From positions 24,356,994-24,420,993 of the forward strand of contig CM119263.1 of NCBI GenBank assembly GCA_051294375.1: a stretch of 64,000 bases of DNA. Direction: 5' to 3'. The translations under genes were made by a program, and so were the position numbers. The notes below the pieces were generated by a model that was not told where the DNA came from, searched no databases, and worked only from the letters and a program-made list of their open reading frames with translations. Numbering within the stretch: the first letter of the stretch is position 1; every line of letters starts with the position of its first letter. The DNA is from Paraspadella gotoi (lineage: Eukaryota > Animalia > Chaetognatha). Positions 39,985-50,189 of this stretch are shown here, one piece after another.

Positions 39985-42243
39985 TCTCTCTCTCTCTCTC
40001 TTTATCTATCTATCAAAGACCAAACAGACCATAGACGAGAGCGAGCAGCAAAAATTAAATATTAAAAGAGAATAGAAGACTGGAACAAAGCCAAAAAAAG
40101 AGTGAGGAATCAAAGAGAATCAAATTAAAAAAAAGAGAAGTATTGATTATATAATATATTTATATTTACCCATTAATATGGCTATATTATAACCATATTA
40201 ATGGATTAATTATTTAATCGATATTTCTGCATCACGGTGCTCTTCGACTTTCGCGCTTAAAACGCACCTGTACCCGACGCCGACAACAACGACAACAGTA
40301 ATAATAAGAACAACGTAAACATCACCTGTTATGATAACATCACCAACTGCAATGATGACAACATCATCGCAACCTGGAATGATAACATCAACATCATCGA
40401 CGTCAATGAGAACAACAAAGTCAACAACTACATCATCGCCACCTGTCATGACAACATCAACATCATCAACAACTGCAACGATTATAAAAACATACCACCT
40501 TGAATGATAACATCAACATCATCACCATCAATGAGAACAACGACAACAACAACGTAAACAAGAACGGCATCGCCACCTGCAATGACAACAAAATTCTTTC
40601 GCCGATTGGATCGAGATTCAGCGGAGAGAAATTAATTGGGGAAGAGAGAGAGAAGACGACGCAAAGAGGAAACGAATTGGCTTTTTATTTTTTCTGAAAT
40701 AAAAGAAACCATTTGACAGTTAAAACGAATTGGCTAGTTGACAAATTATTTTCACTAAAACGAGACAAAAAAAATTTTAAGCGAATTCAAAAGAATCACT
40801 GATATGTTACGAGTTAATAAAAAAACGTATGGAGAAAGAGGAAAATGTATGATATAGAATAAAGCTAATTACGATAAAAACCATGTTAGTGATAATATAG
40901 CGACGATCACGACAACGACGACGACGAAGTCTCTTTCCAGTGGCCACATCTCAATTCCGCACGAATAGCCTTTAAAGTATAGCGCGAAACCGGCGTCAGT
41001 GCAATAGACGCAAGGGCACGAATTTTACGCTGTATTTCACGCGGCATTTCACGCTGCATCTTTCGCTGCGCCGCGGCGTCACGGCATCGATCTTCGGGTG
41101 ACGACCTCTGAACGACTCGCGTGACGGGCGTGACAAAGTCAAAAGATGCCAAAAATTTTCTCTGCCATTTTCTGGGGGGAAAAATAAGATGGGGGAGTTG
41201 AAAGAAAAATGAAGTCATCCAATCAAAAAGGCGGAAAAAACCAAAAAAAATGTTTTGGAAAGAAGAAAAGATAACGAAATGTTTTGAACAAAATATTGCG
41301 AGAAGAAACCGATAAAAGAAAATCCTAAATTAAAACGAAAAACTGATAAAGAATACAAATAAAACGCAAATAAGAAACCCCGAAACCGACTGACAAAAAT
41401 ACTAAAATGAAAACTAAGAAGAATAGAAAAACAAGATGAGAAATAAAAACGCGCAAACAGAAAACTTACAAGAGAAAATAAAATTGCTAAAAAAAGGATT
41501 AAGAAAACAAAAAAAGATGAAAAAAGAAAAAACGGGGGGAAAAAAAATAAAGGAAGCTAAAGAAGAGAAGAAACCCGAAGGCGAAGAAAGTTTGAAGGCG
41601 AAAAAGAATTGGGAGGAAGAAAAAGAGAAAAAGGAAATCGTGATATTGAGGGGAACTGAAGCAGATCACAGAGTCTGAGCTTTGACAGATATGGATTAAG
41701 ATAAAGATGAGTTATATATCATATCATATCATATTATCATCTACTACAATAACATATCATATCGTGGAAAGCATTTGGACTCATACTTGTTCCTTCTGTT
41801 CTCATGGTTATCGCATGAGCTATACAATGATTTCAGTATTTACATTCAGGGGAATCCTTCGCTTTCGATGGAGTATACCTTTTGCGGTTTGAAACTAATG
41901 TCATGTTCCCCAAAGATTCGCCAGTCTGCCTCGATCCCACGACCTCCCAAGTCAGACATGGCCGTCTCCAACCGAGCGACAGAATTTAGACCCCCGCCTC
42001 TCCAGGAAATAGACAAGGGAAGTTCGCTCCTCTCCCCAGCGACTTAATGTGTAGATGGGTGGAGAGTGATGGGGAAAGGAGATGGAGAAATTTAGGGATG
42101 AGAGGATAAAAAAAAAAACGATTTGGAAAAAAAAAAATCTTGGGATGGAACCAGTTGATGGCATCAGCGGGACTTGCTGGAGTGAAATTGGATTCTATCG
42201 TCTTTCAATCGACGGCATACATCTTGGCTGGATTTCAGAAAAA

Positions 42244-42312
<69 letters not shown>

Positions 42313-43043
42313 CTCTTCTCTCTCCTCTTCCCTTCTCTCCCTGATTCTAAATTCTCGGCCCATCTCTATCTCTATCATTCCCGGCGTCTCTCTCTGTCTC
42401 TCTCTGTCCCTCAGTGGGTTGCCGCGGTCTGGATGCGGAGGCCGCCGCTCGATCATCGATATTGTGATGACGTCATAAAGCTTGTTTTGACGAAAATGAC
42501 CCAAGTCGTTTTCTTAGACTTTTTTTTCGTCGTCGACGTCGTCGTCCTTTTCTTCGTCAGATTCGTCCGTTGCTCAGTCAATTTTTCATGATAAAATCAA
42601 TGCCGAGGGGAAAAGCCAAAGGACTAATAAGAAAAGAATCAAATGCTGAAGAGAGAATAATGAAAGAAAAGAAAATTATTAAAAAAAATTACGAACAGGA
42701 TAAAGAGAAGAACTTCCAGGAAAAGGACAGAGAAAACGCCCATGACTATTAACAAACGAATAAACCGCTGAGGTTAAGGTAAAGCAACGCAGGGGAAGAA
42801 CTTAAAAAAGGAAAAAATAAACGCGAAACCAAAAAAATAACAAAAAGAAATATAGCTTTGTAAATGCGCCACACGGGGCCCCATTGGATAAAAGAGACGC
42901 GAGGTATCTCTTCCCCTGCAGGGCCTCGTAGGAAATTCAGCGGCGTTTTCTCATTCTCGCCTCTTCCGTGATTCAATCGCATTTGCATCCGAAGACTATC
43001 AACCCGGCACGCCCCCGGAAACGAGCGGTTGTTTTGTCAACAT

Positions 43044-43130
<87 letters not shown>

Positions 43131-43779
43131 GATATTCTCTATCTTCCTCTGTCGTAAAAGGATCACCTTGCAAAGGTCTAGGCTCTTATTTTTTCGCACG
43201 TTGAATTTCCATGAGTCATTTCGCCTTCAATCCCCATTCATGTTGTTCTTTAATTCTCTTCTTAATCTTCTCCCTTTTCTCACTGGAATCGCGATGCAGT
43301 TGGAGTTCAATGAAACCTAAAAGCTCGAAACTCCTCGACTCTCATTGGTTTTTTCCTCGGGGAAGAGTATGGCCTCTTGTCTTTCTTTTCGATTCATATT
43401 TTTTGTCCGTAAAGAATTTAATGAAGAAAACTCTTTCGATTTCGCCGTCAGTGAATTTGTGAGAAAATATTAATGTCCGGTCTCTTATCTTTAATCGTTT
43501 TTTTTTGGCAATGGCCAATGGATCGAGGAGAAAGAATTTACAATTTAACTGTTCCTAGATTTTCACAATAATAGTTAATACGCTCTACGCTTTTTAAGAT
43601 CATTTCTGCCATAGATGAAATAAAATTCAAAACCCCGAATGAGACCTTCTCACCTTCTCTCTTCAAAACTCGCCAAACTTTTGGCATCGTCGCCCATCTT
43701 CTTCGTCATCATCATCATCATCATCATCATCCTTCATCATCTCACGGATCCGCGGGAATCCTCGAGGGAAAAACGGAAA

Positions 43780-43794
43780 CCGGAAGTGACGTCA
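43780..43794 (+). promoter_or_regulatory. Overlapping ETS-CRE composite motif
   Basis: Exact CCGGAAGTGACGTCA within a CpG-rich patch (about 43745-43870), with extra CGGAA cores adjacent. Confidence 0.6.
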
Positions 43795-44745
43795 TCCTTC
43801 GACGCGGAGACCCGGAATTCCGAGCGAGACGCGGGGCACAGAGTTTCGCGAACAAGCGCCCGCCGCAATACCCACCAAGCACACCTTTCAAGCACCCGAC
43901 TCCCTCACCGAACGGGCGCCATCCCCCTCCTCATCCCGGCTCCACCCCCTTTCCTCCCACCCGCCCACCCGCCCCTCCTCCATCCCCACCGCCGCCGAAG
44001 ATATCCCCCTCATGATCCATAATTCATCTGATTTCGTTGCGAGCGGAAAAGCGTTAAAATATGGGCGGAAAGACGACGATGAGGATAACGACGACGAAGT
44101 CGACGAAAACGACGACGAAGACGACGAAGACGACATATAATTAAACATGGTATTGTAGCGACGTGCCTTATTAATTAGCATTTTTGTCGAAAAATAAACA
44201 TTGATAAAAAAAACAAAAAAAAAAAACGTTAAGTGAAACATTTAAGATTCGGCTTCTGTAAGACAACTTTTGCTTCTTCGGTATTTCATCCTCGACTGAT
44301 AATCAAACCTTGAACGTTTCTCGTCTTTAACCCTTAACCTCATTAATCCAGCTGACATCCCTCGTATTAGCAGAGTTAATTCGTACCCTTCGCCTTCACA
44401 ATGCTTCATAAAAAGAGATTTAACAACAACAACGCTCATTATTATTAATAACAGAAGCTCGAAAAGCTTTTTTTTTGTACATTGAGTTTAGAAAATGATT
44501 CGTGCTCATCGTTGACCTGTGACCTCAAACTCTCTCGCTCTCTGTCTCTCTCTGTCTCTGTCTCTGATCGACTTTGCTCGAAATGTGTAAACTGTAAACC
44601 TCTCACCATTCCTTTTCTCCCTCTCGACGTCGTCTGCTTAGATTTCCCTTTTATTTTCATGGAATCGACCTTGGCGTCGGTCGCCTGGCAATGCGATGCA
44701 AACAACGATCGACTTCATTACTCATTAATGAAGAGTTTAGAGGGC

Positions 44746-44785
<40 letters not shown>

Positions 44786-45192
44786 CATTAATGAGGCTCT
44801 GGTTCTCCTTATTTCTTTTCCATCGACACCAGAAAAAAAGGACGTTTAACGATTGCAATCGCCAGCAGATTGCATATCACAGCGCCGTGCACATTTTGCT
44901 ACAGAGTGCACAGTTTGCCACAAAGTGTACATTTCTCTACAAAGGTCACTTTTCGTAAATCTTAGATTTTAAAAATTTGTCGATTAATCTTTATATTTTG
45001 TTCTCTTCATTTTTGTAGTCCTTTTTCGCTTTCGATGATACAAAGAGATTGCAAATGCGAATGCAGAAGCGAGAGACGATCCATTTCGTGAGTGAGTTGA
45101 CGTGATGACGTCACTGGAGACTTCCGTGATGACTTTGTCCATTTCCGTGAGGGGGAGAAAATGTGACGAGAGAGAGAGAGAAGAGAGAGAGG

Positions 45193-45277
<85 letters not shown>

Positions 45278-46114
45278 AACTGGATCAGTAAGAAGAAACG
45301 ATATTATATGACGAAAATATGTGACATAAATCCTTTAGAACAAAGGCTGGGGGGAATTTAGAGCTCGCCTGATGTATAAAGGATATCACGCACGAGTCCA
45401 GTGAAACATACACGAGGATCGATTGAGACTCGCAATCGAAACTGACGAGTGAGACCCGCAAAGGCCTGCAATGGCTCACCGACCGCCTCTCGTAATGTGA
45501 TGCGTGATTATTCTGCCCCCGATCACAAATGAAGGGACGGGGGACTCGTATTTTGAGGCGGCGACGGCGGCTGGGGCATGGCGGCGGCATGGCGGCGGCG
45601 ATGACGACGACATTTTTAACGACACAAAGATTTCAGCGAACACGCCTACTCGAGTTGCGGGACGCCCTCTGCACAAAAACAAAAGATATTAAAATTTTTA
45701 TAACGTTTCGTATGATTGTCTTGGCATTTTAGTTAGTGTGTGGTGAGATGAATGTTATTATAAATACTAATTAAATACTTATAAATAGCAAATACTAAAT
45801 ACCAAACAAATACTTTTCACTGACCAGTTTTTTATTTTGAGAAATGATGCACTGAAGTCTGAAGTGAAGAGGTTTAATAACCACAACTAAAACTTAAAAA
45901 AAAAAAATTAAAAAAAACCAAAATCCTAAGTAGAAGAAGACTAAATATGGAGTAATGACGATCGTTTTTATAAATATTTACATTACAAACGGAAAGCGGC
46001 GGAATATTCATGAGCCAGGAGGAAAGATGCGAACATAAATAAAATCAGGAAAGAAATTTAAAAAAAAAATTTGCCACACGTATTAAGAGAGCGGGAGGTA
46101 GGTGAACAAAGGGG

Positions 46115-46204
<90 letters not shown>

Positions 46205-46777
46205 GTGAGAGAGAGAGAGGGAAAGAAAAAACTGATAATAACGAATATATAGAACGAAAAATGCAATAAATGTACAGTGTACAAAACCACGCCTACGAGG
46301 ACAGTAATAAACGCGAAGGCTAACGTCGTGACCGACGAGTAAATAAGAAGACGACGACGACGACGACGACGGACGACGCGACGACGAAGAATAAAAGAGA
46401 TTAAAACCGAGGATCGAATACAAAAGGAGTGAGATGGAAAAGTGGAACACAAAAAGAGAAAGAAAGAGCGCGAGGAGTTTTGGGGGAGTTGTAAGAATTG
46501 AGAGGCGGAGGAAATGAGGGAAGGAGGGAGGAGGAGAGGAGGAGGAGCAAGAGGCTGACCCGAAACGAATGGAGATCCGAAGATGCAAATGACATTCGAG
46601 GATAGAATTGGGTCGAGATTAGGAGAAATCATGACTTCGATGATTCGACGCTGCGTCAGCGAGATTCGCCTGCTTCGGTGACGCCCCTTCGCCCCGCTTG
46701 GCAACCGCGTGGTAAAACTTGAACGCTATTCGTTTATTTAAGGCAAATTTGATCTTTCAACGTAGAATCTTAACAAG

Positions 46778-46937
46778 GTATTTTTAAAAGTATTAAGTTT
46801 CGGTCTCTGGTTGCCAATACAGACCTGTACAAGCGGGGATCAGCATGTCGTGAGACTTCAAACTTTAATTGAAAACAGTTAATTTATATCCTATTCAGTA
46901 ATTACTGAAATTCCCACCTCGCATTCTTTTTTTATAG
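46778..46937 (+). other. Candidate 5'-UTR intron of the RING gene
   Basis: AAG|GTATTT donor-like site at 46778 and TTCTTTTTTTATAG| acceptor ending at 46937, about 80 nt before the ATG. The interval is AT-rich. No transcript evidence. Confidence 0.35.
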
Positions 46938-47016
46938 AAAAAACCGGTTATTCAAAACGAAGCCTCGCCCCCGATAATAATAATAATCTTCAACCCCAAT
47001 TACATCGTCGACAACC

Positions 47017-47877
47017 ATGGAGATCTTTAACGGAGACGGAGTCGTCTCGCGACGCGGCCTATACGGTCGCTTCTACTGCGGCCGCCCTTTGCTCACCTGC
47101 CGCTGCTGCGACGTCAACTGCGGTCCCAACATTGGCTGCTGCTGCAATTCCTGCGCGGAGGCGCAAACCATCCGTTGCCCGCAAAACCATCCCTTGATCA
47201 TCTGTAGCCTCCTGAGCAGATGGGTCTGCGACGCGAAGAAAGAACCAGGCGGATGCAGGCGTCGGCCCAAGATATTCTCGTCGTTGACGTCGGGAGCCGT
47301 CGCTCGATTCCGCTGCAATGTTTGCGATTACAACATCTGCGAGGAATGCTTCGCTCACCGCGTCGTCGATGCGCATCCCAGCGCCCGCTGCCCCAAGAAG
47401 CACCTGCTGCGGCTGAGCCGGCGGGAAAACGCGTGGACCTGCGACAGGTGCGGGGATTGTAGCTTGGAGGCTAACGATAGGTATCGCTGCGACAGGTGCG
47501 ATTACGATCTCTGCTCAACGTGTTACGTCCTGCACGAGAGGGGCCTTCAATCAATGATGTTGTCGAAGGCCAGTGACGAAAAGCTACGCCCATCGTCGCC
47601 GCGCCGAGTCTATCCAACTGCTCCGTCCGTCATACCGCCAAACGTCTCTTCATCTTCGATCAGTCAAAAAGAAAAGAGATTGGCGGAAGAAGTGGAGCGA
47701 CTCAAAGCCTCGAAGGAGAAGATGGAAGAGGAGAACCAATGCGCCATCTGCTTGACGGAAACTAAAAACACGGCCTTCGTTTGCGGACATCTCGCCTGTT
47801 CGATCTGCGCCGCTCAAATCGTCGATTGTCACATTTGCAGGAGGAGAATCGCGTCTAGAATCAGGATTTATCGCTGA
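47017..47877 (+). CDS. Putative RING-HC E3 ubiquitin ligase, 286 aa: Cys-rich N-terminus, two ZZ/C1-like zinc modules, PTAP linker, coiled coil, C-terminal Mind bomb/RGLG-type RING
   Basis: Uninterrupted, GC-rich, non-repetitive ORF with strong start context ACAACCATGG. C-terminal CAIC-x10-CGH-x2-C-x2-C-x6-CHIC-RRRIASRIRIY (C242-C274) fits the C3HC4 RING spacing of MIB1/MIB2 RING3 and plant RGLG. It is preceded by a charged helix (QKEKRLAEEVERLKASKEKMEEENQ). Two internal repeats C-x3-H-x-L...W-x-CD...R[FY]RC-x2-CDY-x2-C-x2-C (aa 54-111, 125-169). ATTAAA at 48014 and AATAAA at 48021 lie downstream. Confidence 0.9.
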   Translation: MEIFNGDGVVSRRGLYGRFYCGRPLLTCRCCDVNCGPNIGCCCNSCAEAQTIRCPQNHPLIICSLLSRWVCDAKKEPGGCRRRPKIFSSLTSGAVARFRCNVCDYNICEECFAHRVVDAHPSARCPKKHLLRLSRRENAWTCDRCGDCSLEANDRYRCDRCDYDLCSTCYVLHERGLQSMMLSKASDEKLRPSSPRRVYPTAPSVIPPNVSSSSISQKEKRLAEEVERLKASKEKMEEENQCAICLTETKNTAFVCGHLACSICAAQIVDCHICRRRIASRIRIYR

Positions 47878-48911
47878 CTCATGGATTAGAAAAACACCTT
47901 TCGATAAATACATTCAAATTTATGCTATTTTCCTTCACAAACAAACAAAAAATGAGCATTTGAGTATTGGTGACGGTGTCAATTCTAATTAATATTCTTT
48001 TAAACAAAAAGTCATTAAACAATAAAGATAAATATTGTTAATAATAATAATAATCGCTTCGATCTTAATTATGGATTGTTCGAAATGAGACTAAGACTCA
48101 CATTTGGTGGACTGAGAAAAAAAAGGTAGTTAACAATATCAGAACCGGATCGGCGCCTTATAATCGCAGAGGGCAGATACTTCAGATAAGAGGAGGAGGG
48201 GGTGACAATCTCAGAGGGCAGTAAACCCCGAAGGCTTTAGGAGAGATGAGGTAAAGCAGTGGGTGAAGAAAGGGTGAGGGCGGGTGAGGTTCAATTTATT
48301 CCGCAGCGAATTTCCGCCGAAATCTCGACGATCGTCGATTCTCGACATAAAATCTGCTTTTTATTTTTAGAGACTGACCTTACTTCAAACCGAGCGACCT
48401 TACTTTTAAGCCCAAGATAATCTCAACCCTTTCCGCTAATAAAACTTCCCTCTTCGTTAAATCTTTCCCCTTTCCCTCGACGATCTCACCTCCTTTCGTT
48501 CGACCATATAATCCTCGATCGTTGCCCTCGAATAGCCTCACCTTTAGTTTAGATCTTTCCCGTCGATGCTTCTCATAAAACTCATCTCGTTTCTTTCCGA
48601 AGGACGCTTCCTCGTCTTCTTTCTCCTCCTTTTCTTCTTCTTCTTCTTCTTCGTCCTTCTCCTCTTCCTTCTCCTCCTCGACAGATTTCCACGTCTGTTG
48701 ACGTATGGATTTTCGCGTCAAAAAGAAAAAAGAAAAAAAAAAGAAAAAAAGAAAACAAATCACGTGAGATAAAAAAAACCTATTGATTTATTCATCGCTC
48801 GATTCGCATCTTCAATTTCTGAGCCGTAAATCCTCCTTCAAGACTAAAGCGCGGAATCATTCGTCACTTGCTGTTTTACTCGACGACAACGACGACGATG
48901 ACGTACTCGCC

Positions 48912-49270
48912 TATGTAATTGGTACAACTCAGTGTGGCCTTTTCATACGAATGAAATATTCTTTTAAATATCATACCACTTCATTGATAAGGAAGCCAGG
49001 AACTTTGGGTGATGGAGTGATGGAGGCCTTAAACCACCAAAGCCTGTACAAAGTCAGAGGCAAGATAGCTTATTTATCAGACAGACCATTGTGGTTTAAG
49101 GCCTCCATCACTCTTACAAGATTTATAACATACCAGGGCCCTGCATTGAAAAATTTCAATCGAGACTCTCTCTCAGTCTTGTTTATTAATTTCCAGAGAA
49201 CCTGGCTTCCCTATCAATGAAGTATTATAATATTTTTAAACTGTTTCAATTAGATAAAAAGAACACTCCC
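48912..49270. repeat. Two family A copies in inverted orientation (+ 48912-49077; - 49089-49270)
   Basis: Perfect 23-bp inverted repeat 49015-49037 / 49091-49113 and a 22/23 inverted repeat 48978-49000 / 49201-49223. Confidence 0.85.
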
Positions 49271-50060
49271 TTAAGTATTAGATCGATCAGTCAGTCAGTC
49301 AACTCTTAGGTTCCTTCTGTTTTTACACATACCNNNNNNNNNNGTCAGTCAACTCTTAGTTTCCTTCTGTTTTTACACATACCCAACCTTTGCATCGTTT
49401 TTCGTTAATCCATCCCAAAGCTTTCTTAGTTTATTACTCCCTCGGTGAAATAGAGACGGGAAAACATTTTGTTTACAAACAACGTCAAACAAAACGCAAA
49501 GAAAGGAAAAACCACAACGATATTACTCTAGCAAAAAATAAAAAAAAGAGAGTTGATTATCATACGAGTTTGTTTATCCAATGATGTTTTTTCGTTTATT
49601 CGCTAAAATCTTTCACCTTCTTTTTTGACGGATGCTATTTTTAGGTGCAATAAAAAATATTTAGTCTGCTCTCTATCTCTCTATCGTGCATCTCCTCTCC
49701 ATCATGCTCTCTCGTCGGCTCTGGCTCTTGCTCTCTCTCTGAATTACGTTCTCTCTCTCGACTCTCTCTCGTTTCGGCACGTTTTTGGCGATTCACGATC
49801 TTACCAACTTCACCGCCAGAGAAAATGGAGTTTTCCGTTGTCGTTGTCGTTGTCGTCGTCATCCTCGTCATCATTGTCGTCGTCATCTTCATTGTCGTCG
49901 TCGTCGTGGTCGTCGTCCTCGTCGTTACAGAATCCATTCGTTCCTCCAGACGTCATCAATCTTTTCTTCCGCTGGAGTTAAAGACTCGTCGGATAATTAA
50001 ATACCATGCATGACGAGTTTTGGCATGCGCGCGAACCTTCTTCAGTTTTCCGTTTCTTTA

Positions 50061-50189
<129 letters not shown>

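Noticed and set aside
47059-47913. Antisense and alternative-frame ORFs overlapping the RING gene
   Set aside because: Shadow ORFs of a GC-rich real CDS.
49291-49385. 40-bp direct repeat around a 10-N gap
   Set aside because: Unmerged contig overlap.
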